Source of the DNA: Octopus sinensis
Taxonomy: Eukaryota
Assembly (NCBI RefSeq): GCF_006345805.1
Contig: NC_043000.1
Location: 119,350,001 to 119,414,000 of the forward strand
Direction of reading: 5' to 3'
DNA: 64,000 nucleotides
The notes beneath the pieces were generated by a model that saw only the letters and a program-made list of their open reading frames with translations, made no database searches and was not told where the DNA came from. Shown here piece by piece: positions 58,701 through 64,000 of this stretch (position 1 is the first letter of the stretch; each line of letters starts with the position of its first letter). The translations under genes were made by a program, and so were the position numbers.

Positions 58701-60421
58701 ATCGTTACGTAAAGTTATAATCCTAGACATTAGAATAATTTATTATAGAGATCGAGACTAAAATGCGTCAGTGCACTATTTTAGGAATATAATGTTTCAT
58801 ACAAAACAGACAGTAGCGGTTGATATATATCCGATCACAACATAAAAAAGGACATGTTAAAAATTCCGTCCCGAACTATGCATGAAAACACTCGTACAAA
58901 CAACAGCAATGAAACTGTTTTAAAAACAGGGTTGATAAATATTAAATATGAATAAGAAAAAAAGATTTCCTTATATTGAATTTATCCGTCTAAGAATTGC
59001 GATTTCGAGGGTTGGCTAGTAGTACCTGGCTAGTTTTGTGAAATTAAGTTAGATCACATTTATTCAATCTCAGACTGTCCTGAGTATAGCATTTTTGCTA
59101 GAGTAGTAGATATCGACTCTTCGTTATTTTCTTACCTTTCACTTTTGCTACACCAAACAGAACTCTGTCAATAAAAGTACTTTGTATTTGTGGTAAATTA
59201 TACACGAGCATGATATTGGATCGGCACTGGTAACAACTTTCCTGGCACTTATTCATTTTCCCTTCTCCATCTCCTTGGTACAAGGAAGACCAATTTTTCT
59301 TTCTACATAAATAATGTGCTTCATTTGTTTAAAATTTTCATTTCTATAACATCGAAGCAGCATTACAGGGAAAATCAACGTACGAGCCGAATAGTGTTAT
59401 TAACCGTATTTATTTATAGACAGCAAACCATAGGCTATACAGATTAGAATTGGACCCCTAGACTGTGAGGCATCGGGGAAACTGCTCAGTAAGCCCTATA
59501 CCTTACGACGACACTGTTCTATTGTTCAGTTATGAAACTGAAAGGAAATTTAAGCTGGCGTAAATGTAAATGGTACGCTTTTCTCCAAAATCGCCCCAGT
59601 ATATTTACCGGCGCTTATTTTAGCAACTGCGAAAGCATATTCATAACGCAGTAAAGACAAACTACTTTAAAATTTGGATCTATCACTCATCTTACCACAT
59701 TCGAAACGATTTTAAAATAAGTGAACCATTGTAACCAAAGTTTAATTACGTCTCTGTTGTATTTCACAGTAAACAATTCATATTTAATTAAAATATCCGC
59801 CTATTTCGCTTAGCTACAAACATCACCAAATGTATAAATGAGGTTTAAAAACATTAAATGAAATAAATCATCTAAATTTTTAAAATCACTACAAAAATTA
59901 ACACAAACGTTCAAAATATATAATTTAGAGTTAAACTTAAATCGCATCTTTTTTTTTTCCTTGGTAATAAAGCCTCAATTTTTACTAACGAACTAAAAAT
60001 AACGTAAATATTAAATCGCGCGAAAATGCAAGTCAATATTTGAGTTCCTGAGAAATGAGTGCATTAATTTACAGGATGTGAGGCTGTGGCATACATTCTT
60101 TTACATTATTAACACTGAATAAATTTAAATGTCAGACGTTACAACTGCATGACCAAAAACAATACAATTTTTGAAACATAATTGCTTAGAAAAAGACTTA
60201 AAAGAGTAACATTAACAGGTTAAACAGACTGTGTGTATGTGTGTATAGATATAGATATACACGCGCACACACACACACACATATATATATGTATATTTAT
60301 ATATATCTTACCCTGAATTGCTGGCGTCAGTGGCTTTAATGCTGTGTATACGTAATTTATTAGCTATGTCCTTTAATTCGGACACAATTTTGGCATCGGG
60401 ACGATGATAATCAGCAGGCAT
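6013..60421 (-). CDS. TKT: Transketolase, complete 12-exon gene (join of exons below; 1884 nt, 627 aa)
   Basis: Manual splicing of 12 GT-AG exons gives one open frame [11 protein letters not shown]...HQMMSM*. Intact motifs: SGHP, GHAAP, EGHP, ThDP-binding [13 protein letters not shown]...[45 protein letters not shown]. Intron phases are mutually compatible. Confidence 0.97.
6490..7110 (+). mobile_element. Old RTE ORF2 C-terminal fragment interrupted by a younger antisense RTE 3' end (6612-6850)
   Basis: LHGSEPWAL...[11 protein letters not shown], resumes after the insert with RRLHWFGRV-like sequence. Confidence 0.75.
7268..7625 (-). mobile_element. RTE 3'-end copy
   Basis: catcatcat-gtttaacgtcc...ggatgcccttcctaacgcc block. 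Confidence 0.85.
8101..8784. mobile_element. Tc2/pogo-like MITE copy 1 (contains RTE insert)
   Basis: TA-CCRTAAATCCTCGA...TCGAGGATTTACGG-TA termini. Confidence 0.8.
8407..8590 (-). mobile_element. RTE 3'-end copy nested in Tc2-like MITE
   Basis: Tail block; empty site visible in the second MITE copy near 31990. Confidence 0.85.
8968..9434. mobile_element. Tandem pair of about 215-bp piggyBac-like MITEs (8968-9182 and 9214-9434)
   Basis: Each TTAA-CCCTTT...AAAGGG-TTAA. Confidence 0.85.
9661..9850 (-). mobile_element. RTE 3'-end copy
   Basis: Tail block. Confidence 0.85.
9970..10186 (-). CDS. TKT: TKT exon 11 (217 nt; [19 protein letters not shown]...LTVEDHYAE)
   Basis: tttcag acceptor, gtaag donor. 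Confidence 0.96.
10708..11098 (+). mobile_element. SINE family A (tRNA-like head GGCGCAGGAGTGGCTGTGTGGTAAG, CCTTGGGCAAG core, internal microsatellite)
   Basis: A-box/B-box-like TGGCTGTGTGG and GGTTCAGTCCC; about 15 copies in window. Confidence 0.85.
11100..11302 (+). mobile_element. RTE 3'-end copy (diverged)
   Basis: Tail block ending gatgatgatgatga. Confidence 0.75.
11343..11778 (-). mobile_element. RTE 3'-end copy with about 4 tandem units
   Basis: Tail block plus GTGCCACCGGCAC units. Confidence 0.85.
12188..12571 (-). mobile_element. Helentron-like element (subtype 1)
   Basis: ACTAGCAGTATCGCCCGGCGTTGCTC 5' end; GACAAACTGCCGTTTATATAG 3' end; near-identical to 38265 and 63266 copies. Confidence 0.7.
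12630..12858 (-). mobile_element. RTE 3'-end copy
   Basis: Tail block. Confidence 0.8.
12867..13070. mobile_element. AT-rich fold-back MITE with about 55-bp imperfect TIRs
   Basis: cataattataattagggttcagttaattgcttcaccacatac / gtatgtggtgaagcaattagctgacccctaattataattatg. Confidence 0.7.
13168..16666 (-). mobile_element. RTE-clade LINE, 5'-truncated (3.5 kb), co-oriented with TKT in intron 10; 3'UTR with tandem array and (GAT)n tail
   Basis: APE motifs (ISAYAPQ, AGDFNGH, SQIDY), RT motifs ([24 protein letters not shown]), C-terminal YLG and RLRWYGHV...GRGRPRKTW; tail gttaaacgatgatgatg. Confidence 0.95.
13866..16669 (-). pseudogene. RTE ORF2 (partial APE, RT, PHD finger, C-terminal domain) split by one frameshift at about 14452-14464
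   Basis: Frame open from 16669 ([17 protein letters not shown]...) to TAG at 14450; continues in -1 frame [15 protein letters not shown]...KTRQD* to 13866. Confidence 0.92.
17154..17550 (+). mobile_element. SINE family A
   Basis: Full-length match to 10708 copy. Confidence 0.85.
17560..17953 (+). mobile_element. RTE 3'-end copy with heterogeneous array
   Basis: Tail block plus 3 units. Confidence 0.85.
18272..18855 (-). mobile_element. Two RTE 3'-end copies (18272-18431 and 18574-18855)
   Basis: Two separate catcatcg-ttta tail blocks. Confidence 0.85.
18868..19954 (+). mobile_element. Internally deleted piggyBac element copy A (TTAA TSD, CCCTTTC...GAAAGGG TIR, transposase N-terminal remnant)
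   Basis: TTAA at 18864-67 and 19955-58; [18 protein letters not shown]...ALDYFFLLF...TNRYA...[14 protein letters not shown] (PGBD4-like N-terminus). Confidence 0.9.
20043..20257 (-). CDS. TKT: TKT exon 10 (215 nt; [18 protein letters not shown]...VGQAK)
   Basis: aacag acceptor, gtcag donor. Confidence 0.96.
20340..21120 (+). mobile_element. 5'-truncated RTE copy (ORF2 end [12 protein letters not shown]..., 3'UTR array, tail)
   Basis: Homologous to 13168-14000 in opposite orientation. Confidence 0.85.
21140..21320 (+). mobile_element. Diverged RTE 3'-end copy
   Basis: Degenerate tail block. Confidence 0.6.
21549..21922 (-). mobile_element. SINE family A
   Basis: Full-length reverse match. 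Confidence 0.85.
22232..22439 (-). CDS. TKT: TKT exon 9 (208 nt; [16 protein letters not shown]...GSHAGISI)
   Basis: ttgcag acceptor, gtaag donor. Confidence 0.97.
22850..23253 (+). mobile_element. SINE family A
   Basis: Full-length match; ends about 30 bp from the exon 8 donor. Confidence 0.85.
23282..23395 (-). CDS. TKT: TKT exon 8 (114 nt; [15 protein letters not shown]...[14 protein letters not shown])
   Basis: tctag acceptor, gtaaa donor. Confidence 0.95.
23770..24540 (+). mobile_element. Two abutting RTE 3'-end pieces: 4 x 62-bp homogeneous array (23790-24075), then B-A-B-C array with tail
   Basis: Units counted by eye; tail ends gatgatgatgatg at about 24540. Confidence 0.85.
24642..24838 (-). 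CDS. TKT: TKT exon 7 (197 nt; [12 protein letters not shown]...AYELGQQ)
   Basis: aatag acceptor, gtaag donor, WHG motif. Confidence 0.94.
24940..25304 (+). mobile_element. Helentron-like non-autonomous element (subtype 2)
   Basis: 5' ACTAGC...CCCGG..GCCGGG hairpin, 3' CACA microsatellite then GCCGTTTATATATATAGAGAT; no TSD. Confidence 0.65.
25500..25820 (+). repeat. Orphan RTE-3'UTR-type tandem array (4-5 units of about 65 bp, no tail)
   Basis: Repeating GGTGGCACATAAAAAGCACCATTCGAG anchor. Confidence 0.75.
25836..25990 (+). mobile_element. Penelope-like element GIY-YIG endonuclease fragment
   Basis: [37 protein letters not shown] resembles the PLE C-terminal S-A/G-I-A-x-H...W-D-x-V-K-I-I motif. 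Confidence 0.65.
26081..26455 (-). mobile_element. SINE family A
   Basis: Reverse match with internal deletion. Confidence 0.8.
26640..27093 (-). mobile_element. SINE family B copies (CpG-decayed)
   Basis: Core blocks. Confidence 0.75.
27143..27270 (-). CDS. TKT: TKT exon 6 (128 nt; [16 protein letters not shown]...[11 protein letters not shown])
   Basis: tttcag acceptor, gtaag donor. Confidence 0.95.
27338..27585 (+). mobile_element. SINE family C (GTGGAGGCGCGTGGCTTAGTGGTTAGGG head, TTCTTGAGCAAAACACTT core); fragment at 1345-1471 (-)
   Basis: tRNA-like boxes; matches 34316 copy. Confidence 0.8.
28563..28754 (-). CDS. TKT: TKT exon 5 (192 nt; ThDP-binding GDG...N motif)
   Basis: [46 protein letters not shown]; tgtag acceptor, gtatg donor. 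Confidence 0.97.
28921..29105. mobile_element. Penelope-like terminal sequence arranged as an inverted (fold-back) pair; related single copy at 2430-2600
   Basis: ttttctaaaattttcgttgcttcttgca / tgcaagacacaagggaaattttagaaaa inverted arms; shared taaggcac...atgactctccccagaca tail with 2528-2560. Confidence 0.55.
29351..29799 (+). mobile_element. Helentron-like element (subtype 3: different 5' interior, same 3' half)
   Basis: ACTAGCAGCGTTGCCCGGG start; shared ctcgaccccatgtcgaatttatcg...GACAAACTGCTGTTTATATAG end. Confidence 0.65.
29930..30027 (-). CDS. TKT: TKT exon 4 (98 nt; [32 protein letters not shown])
   Basis: ttgcag acceptor, gtaag donor. Confidence 0.96.
30104..30530 (+). mobile_element. 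Two SINE family B copies (CpG-decayed)
   Basis: Head and core blocks. Confidence 0.8.
30795..31015. mobile_element. piggyBac-like MITE, same family as 8968-9434, opposite orientation
   Basis: TTAA-CCCTTTCGTTAC...GAAAGGG-TTAA. Confidence 0.85.
31227..31340 (-). CDS. TKT: TKT exon 3 (114 nt; [15 protein letters not shown]...DLEGHPTP)
   Basis: ttttcag acceptor, gtaag donor. Confidence 0.96.
31697..32206. mobile_element. Tc2/pogo-like MITE copy 2 (uninterrupted)
   Basis: Colinear with 8101-8784. Confidence 0.8.
32215..32700 (-). mobile_element. RTE-1-type LINE 3' fragment (second RTE lineage)
   Basis: [12 protein letters not shown]...[26 protein letters not shown] translation plus 3' tail. 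Confidence 0.75.
32760..32893 (+). mobile_element. RTE 3'-end copy
   Basis: Tail block. Confidence 0.8.
32898..33338 (+). mobile_element. SINE family A with long (TA)n
   Basis: Full-length match. Confidence 0.85.
33770..34206 (+). mobile_element. RTE 3'-end copy with 25-27-bp unit array (10 full units plus terminal unit)
   Basis: CACCACATAAAAAGCACCCAGGCTAA repeats leading into the tail block. Confidence 0.85.
34316..34581 (+). mobile_element. SINE family C with 7-bp TSD TACATTG
   Basis: TSD at 34309-15 and 34582-88. Confidence 0.85.
34862..34979 (-). CDS. TKT: TKT exon 2 (118 nt; [20 protein letters not shown]...NDRFILSK)
   Basis: tttttag acceptor, gtaac donor, phase 2 to 0. Confidence 0.96.
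35270..35708 (+). mobile_element. RTE 3'UTR copy with array and (GAT)n tail
   Basis: Conserved tail block and tandem units. Confidence 0.8.
35965..36358 (-). mobile_element. RTE 3'-end copy with array
   Basis: Tail block plus C-B-A units. Confidence 0.85.
36469..36520. repeat. (GATA)n microsatellite
   Basis: Direct reading. Confidence 0.95.
36561..36966 (+). mobile_element. SINE family A
   Basis: Full-length match. Confidence 0.85.
37368..38149 (+). mobile_element. Internally deleted mariner element (TA TSD, about 30-bp TIR)
   Basis: TIR TTGGGTTGTCCGGAAAGTTCATGCCGATTT; N-terminal [15 protein letters not shown] joined to C-terminal [23 protein letters not shown]. Confidence 0.92.
37486..37697. 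mobile_element. piggyBac-like MITE nested in the mariner derivative
   Basis: TTAA-flanked, same family as 8968-9434. Confidence 0.85.
38265..38640 (+). mobile_element. Helentron-like element (subtype 1)
   Basis: Same termini and body as 12188-12571. Confidence 0.7.
38644..38835 (-). mobile_element. Diverged RTE 3'-end copy
   Basis: Degenerate tail block. Confidence 0.65.
40505..42198. mobile_element. Cluster of SINE family A copies and fragments in both orientations (40505-40660 +, 40671-41043 -, 41090-41300 +, 41630-41750 +, 41748-42198 -)
   Basis: Repeated head and tail blocks. Confidence 0.8.
42968..43356 (-). mobile_element. RTE 3'-end copy nested in a piggyBac-like MITE (MITE halves 42895-42967 and 43360-43475)
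   Basis: MITE sequence ctaccctacaat is interrupted and resumes after the insert; an uninterrupted relative lies at 50240-50453. Confidence 0.8.
45165..45398. mobile_element. Tc1/mariner-like MITE; right-half relative at 46435-46588
   Basis: TIR CAGGGTGGCCCAAAAGTAGG / CCTACTTTTGGGCCAACCTG. Confidence 0.75.
45421..45800 (-). mobile_element. RTE 3'-end copy with array
   Basis: Tail block. Confidence 0.85.
45890..46420 (+). mobile_element. 5'-truncated degenerate RTE copy (ORF2 end plus 3'UTR)
   Basis: GRGRPRKT-like coding end followed by array and GTTGGCATTGGGAAAGGCATCCAGCTGTAG. Confidence 0.8.
46932..48753. mobile_element. SINE family A copies (46932-47250 +, 47366-47770 +, 48185-48753 composite)
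   Basis: Head and tail blocks. Confidence 0.8.
49156..49620 (+). repeat. 3 x 150-bp tandem array of headless SINE-B bodies
   Basis: Unit starts 49156, 49306, 49456; terminal TGCCTGAAAAATTA at about 49607. Confidence 0.9.
49853..50205 (+). mobile_element. SINE family A (diverged); further partial copies at 5345-5626 (-), 44520-44810 and 54546-54920
   Basis: Head and tail blocks. Confidence 0.75.
50240..50453. mobile_element. Second piggyBac-like MITE family (relative at 27870-28077)
   Basis: CCCTTAGCATTCA...AATGCTAAAAGG-TTAA termini; shared internal sequence among copies. Confidence 0.65.
51655..51836 (+). mobile_element. Diverged RTE 3'-end copy
   Basis: Tail block. Confidence 0.7.
52471..53180 (+). 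pseudogene. Degenerate mariner transposase fragment (HTH, WVPHEL, first catalytic Asp)
   Basis: [23 protein letters not shown]...[12 protein letters not shown]...IVTCDEKW; stops and frameshifts; no TIR found. Confidence 0.88.
53375..54444 (-). mobile_element. Internally deleted piggyBac element copy B, inverted relative to copy A
   Basis: TTAA at 53371-74 and 54445-48; same sequence and same deletion as 18868-19954. Confidence 0.9.
55361..55663 (-). mobile_element. SINE family D (tRNA-like head, RTE-1-type tail); related head at 42388 (+)
   Basis: GTGGAGGTGCAATGGCCCAGTGG head; tail matches 32220-32280. Confidence 0.8.
55686..55845. repeat. Compound (TA)n/(CA)n microsatellite; others at 12575-12617, 16676-16725, 29118-29150, 55321-55361, 63815-63897
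   Basis: Direct reading. Confidence 0.95.
56564..57023. repeat. Minisatellite, 11 units of 40-43 bp (CCTCTACTAAACAATCACAGCCG...TTACAAACW)
   Basis: Units at 56564, 56607, 56650, 56693, 56733, 56776, 56817, 56858, 56899, 56940, 56981. Confidence 0.95.
57349..57660. other. CpG-rich element: about 41-bp direct repeat, 71-bp inverted repeat arms (57391-57461 and 57549-57619), 87-nt loop
   Basis: Arms 67/71 identical; flanking direct repeats 57349-57389 and 57620-57660. Confidence 0.9.
60312..60421 (-). CDS. TKT: TKT exon 1 (110 nt; [37 protein letters not shown])
   Basis: aaaATG start, donor GG|gtaag, matches animal TKT N-terminus; too short for the ORF track. Confidence 0.93.
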
Positions 60422-60720
60422 TTTGGCAAAAAGTTACAACAGGGGGGTAAATAAAGAACAATAAAGATGAATTAAATTGCAGACAAGATGGTACGAGACT
60501 GCTAAGCTGGGCAGAGAGCAGACAACTGAAAGAAAGTGGCGAGAAAGGGTGGAGTGATTGACGAGAGAAGGCGGTAGAACAACTTGCCGCAACAACACGT
60601 GCTCGCTGAACTGAACTATCTCCGTCTGTCTTATTGCGTTCTACGTGCCGACAGTTCGGATATTTCCGTCAACTCCGCTTATTGACGTACTAACTTCAAT
60701 TAAAGTTCGATTTAATTAGT
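60422..60720 (-). promoter_or_regulatory. TKT 5'UTR/core promoter region, CpG-retaining; Inr-like TCAGTT (60524-60529), E-box CACGTG (60596-60601)
   Basis: TE-free, CpG-rich stretch directly upstream of ATG; motif matches only. Confidence 0.55.
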
Positions 60721-60974
60721 GATTTTTACTAAATTTATGCACGACTTCGATATTTTATTTCCTAATTTCATATAAAATACTGTATGCTTTACAAGGTCAA
60801 TATTATAATATTTCGTGTTGCAATGTCTTCACGTAACGGCTTTTAAATAGAACTATTTTTACGGTATGAAAGTCTAACTGTGCAGTTAGAGAAATCTAAA
60901 GGGAGATTAACCGACGAAGAAGGAGAAATGGTGATCAAAAAGGTTCGTCTTCGATGAAGTAATAATAATAATTT

Positions 60975-61122
60975 ATTTTATTTCTTTATTGCCCACAGGG
61001 GGCTAAATACAGGTGGGACAAACAAGGACAGACAAATAGATTAAGTCGATTATATCGACTCCAGTGCGTAACTGGTACTTAATTTATCGACCCCGAAAGG
61101 ATGACAGGCAAAGTCGACATCG
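60975..61122 (-). mobile_element. SINE family B fragment
   Basis: Tail and core. Confidence 0.8.
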
Positions 61123-61145
61123 GGAGTAATAATCGGGAGTACGTC

Positions 61146-61553
61146 GGATCTTTTCGGTTTGAACGGCAGTTTTTTCTAGCGGTGTCATATGAAATTGTCA
61201 CCCAAAATTATGAGCATGGTATCGATCTATTGCATTTCAATCTGTTTTAGGGTTAGGGGTGGGGGAAGGGTATCTTTTTCCCCAAATGTAAATAAATCCA
61301 ATCTGTTTCTTAAATGAGGGACATATTCATACGGCACAGAATGTTTTTTACCTCAATAGACGTCATTGATTGGTTGCAATTGCAGAAATTGAAGAAAAAA
61401 GAACAACAAATATCTTACAAACTATAGAATTTTCTCAATAAAGCCAAGAGAAAAAGATGTATTATAAACACATTCTACCGGTATACAAAGTTTAAAAGTG
61501 TTTAGTTGCGTGGAAATTATTTTAAAAAACTGCCGATCAAACCGAAAAGATCC
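61146..61553. mobile_element. MITE with 30-bp TIR upstream of TKT
   Basis: GGATCTTTTCGGTTTGAACGGCAGTTTTTT / AAAAAACTGCCGATCAAACCGAAAAGATCC; TSD unclear. Confidence 0.75.
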
Positions 61554-62340
61554 ATGCTTTGTAGACTCCAGGGCCCGTCATTCTATCGAGTCAGCCAATT
61601 TACTGCTTTAATAATCTTTTGTACTCTAAGCTCAAATTTAGCAGGAGGGATTAGTCGATTTGCTTCTAATGTGAGCACAAGGCCTGAAATTTTGGGAAGG
61701 TGGGAGTTAATCAGTTACTTGACTAGTACTTTATTTAAAGACCCTGAGAGAATGAATGACAAAGCTGACTTCGGTGGAATTTGAACCAAGAGTATAACGA
61801 GTTATGATTGAATACCTCAAAACAACTGCGCTGAGCAGACTTCATAAAGCAGTCTTACTCGTTGGCCCATGATAATACAGTTTGTTGTTGCTTAGCACTA
61901 AGTCAGGCCTAATCAGACGACCTATGATCAAAGACATTCCGATCGTGACCACTAAGCATTTCGTCCAGCATGCTAACGTTTCTGCCAGTTCGCCACCTTT
62001 AAAGATAATAATACCAGTTCGTAGTCAATCGTACACGATAGTTGAAATACTGTGTCAAGAAGTTGCGGCCATGATGCTTAGCTGGTTACAGGTATATGTA
62101 CGTGAAGTCGTGGTTGTGATGCTGCTGCCTGGGTAACGTGTAGAGGAGTTCATGCAGGTTGTATATTCGCTGTTGATCCGAAGTGAAATAATTCACGAAT
62201 AGTGAACTGTTAGAACCTGAGAGAATTGCTTGCTGAGCTGTGTACGAAGTGAGATGATGTTGACGACGTTAAAGACATGATGGCGACAAAGAAGGAGGTT
62301 GTCGCAATGCTGTTGGATGAAGTTAGTAAGTCTCAACGAA

Positions 62341-62927
62341 GGCGGCGAGCTGGCAGAAACGCTAGCACGCCGGGTGAAATACTTAGCGGTACGTTCTGAG
62401 TTCAAATTCCGCCGAGATCGACTTTGCCTTTCATCCTTTCGGGGTCGATTAAATATGTACCAGTTACGCACTGAGGTCGATATTATCGACTTAATCCGTT
62501 TATCTGTCCTTGTTTGTCCTCTCTGTGTTTAGCCCCTTGTAGGTAGTAAAGAAATATGTATTTCGTCTGCCGCTATGTTCTGAGTTCAAATTCCGCTGAG
62601 GTCGACTTTGCTTTTCATCCTTTCAGGGTCGATTAAATAAGTACCAGTTACGCACTGTAGTCGATATTATCAACTTAATCCGTTTATCTGTCCTTGTTTG
62701 TCCTCTCTGTGTTTAGCCCCTTGTGGGTAGTAAAGAAATAGGTATTTCGTCTGCCGCTATGTTCTGAGTTCAAATTCCGCCGAGGTCGACTTTGCCTTTC
62801 ATCCTTTCGGGGTCGATTAAATATGTACCAGTTACGCACTGAGGTCGATATTATCGACTTAATCCGTTTGTCTGTCCTTGTTTGTCCTCTCTGTGTTTAG
62901 CCCCTTGTGGGTAGTAAAGAAATAGGC
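62341..62927 (+). mobile_element. SINE family B with one head and three tandem bodies, flanked by 13-bp TSD
   Basis: AAGTCTCAACGAA (62328-40) and AAGTCTCAACGTA (62928-40). Confidence 0.92.
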
Positions 62928-63156
62928 AAGTCTCAACGTAGCCACTGTGGTAGAGGTGCTGTCTGGCATTGTCGATGGAATTGGCTGAATGTTTGTGTCC
63001 AGTGGCTAGACCTTAAAAGATCTGGAACCAAAGACCTTGGAACGAGGAAAAGCTGAGTTTTTACAAGGAGCTGTAGGCGAAAACAGGGTAATGAACAAGC
63101 TGTACCACGTGATCCTATTTACTCTGACTGGTTATATCCGTTGCAAGTTGGCATAA

Positions 63157-63832
63157 TTGAGTAGGAGACAAATTGCACCAATACCAACCAATCAGAGTAG
63201 TGGACACAACGTGGTCCAAATAGCAGCCAAAGGCTAGCTGTTCCTTGCTACGTTCGAATGCGCGTATCTCTCTATATATAAACGGCAGTTTGTCTGTGTG
63301 TGTGTCTGTGTGTCTGTTTGGTTGTACCCTCACCCTGACCACGGCTTTCAACCGATTCTGATGAAACTTGACACACACATAGCCCAATGTCATAATTCAA
63401 AACTAACGGAGCGAAAATTTTGAAAAGTTCCCCCAGTTCTGAAAAAAAAACGATAAATTCGACATGGGGTCGAGAATCAGAAACACAAACCACAGACTGT
63501 CTAGGGGACGCAACTCGACCTTTTTTAACTCTCAAAAAAAATTTACCATCATTTTTTTCCCATTTTTTTGCTATTTTTTGGCTATAACTCTCTAAAAATG
63601 CTTTATAGTTATTTCCCTTACAAACCTGAGCAACGCCGGGCGATACTGCTAGTATAATATAAATGGGAAAGAGAAATTTCACCCGAGTCAACGCTACACT
63701 AATACAATGGCGTCTGCTCCTTAAAGCTAGATGGTCCCGTACTTCTTTCACTCAGGTACTTCCGACTCATTTGTCTTTACTCTCATCACGTAGATTATAT
63801 CCGTACATGTGCGCACACACACACACATACCT

Positions 63833-63900
<68 letters not shown>

Positions 63901-64000
63901 CCCCTCCCCCCAGGAACAGCTAGCCTTTGGCTGCTATTTGGACCACGTTGTGTCCACTACTCTGATTGGTTGGTATTGGTGCAATTTGTCTCCTACTCAA
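63157..64000. repeat. Perfect inverted repeat, 89/89 bp within window (63157-63245 vs 63912-64000), running off the window end
   Basis: Base-by-base comparison. Confidence 0.95.
63266..63653 (-). mobile_element. Helentron-like element (subtype 1) inside the terminal inverted repeat
   Basis: Same termini and body. Confidence 0.7.

Noticed and set aside
6013-60421. Horizontal transfer or pseudogenisation of TKT
   Set aside because: Animal-type sequence, canonical introns at conserved positions, intact frame and catalytic residues
60585-60612. ChREBP/Mondo carbohydrate response element
   Set aside because: Only one E-box; neither flank has a second E-box at 5-bp spacing
62000-63150. Hidden coding sequence after removing the SINE trimer
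   Set aside because: Rejoined frames are short, contain stops and show no recognisable domain

Overview
Eukaryotic, AT-rich, repeat-dense genomic DNA. The SINE, LINE and MITE repertoire looks like Octopus (cephalopod); this is inferred from recognised repeat motifs, not from a database search. The only host gene is a complete animal-type transketolase (TKT) on the minus strand. I reconstructed 12 GT-AG exons (CDS 1884 nt, 627 aa) from ATG at 60421 to TAG at 6013, with a 25.3-kb first intron. The rest is mostly mobile DNA: one 3.5-kb 5'-truncated RTE-clade LINE with a single frameshift and a PHD finger in ORF2, about 25 short 3'-end copies of that LINE family carrying variable hairpin arrays, at least four tRNA-derived SINE families, Helentron-like non-autonomous elements, piggyBac/mariner/Tc1/Tc2-like derivatives and Penelope remnants. 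There is no CRISPR array, rRNA or genuine tRNA gene. The most interesting unexplained structures are: a CpG-rich direct-repeat/inverted-repeat/direct-repeat element in intron 1 (57.35-57.66 kb) overlapping a putative antisense intron; modular stem-conserved, loop-variable arrays in the RTE 3'UTR; an inverted pair of 1.1-kb piggyBac derivatives bracketing exons 2-10; a perfect inverted repeat of at least 89 bp at the window end; and a CpG-decay contrast that appears to trace gene-body methylation. Exon coordinates were checked codon by codon. Repeat boundaries were read by eye (about +/-10-20 bp), and no alignment or folding program was run.
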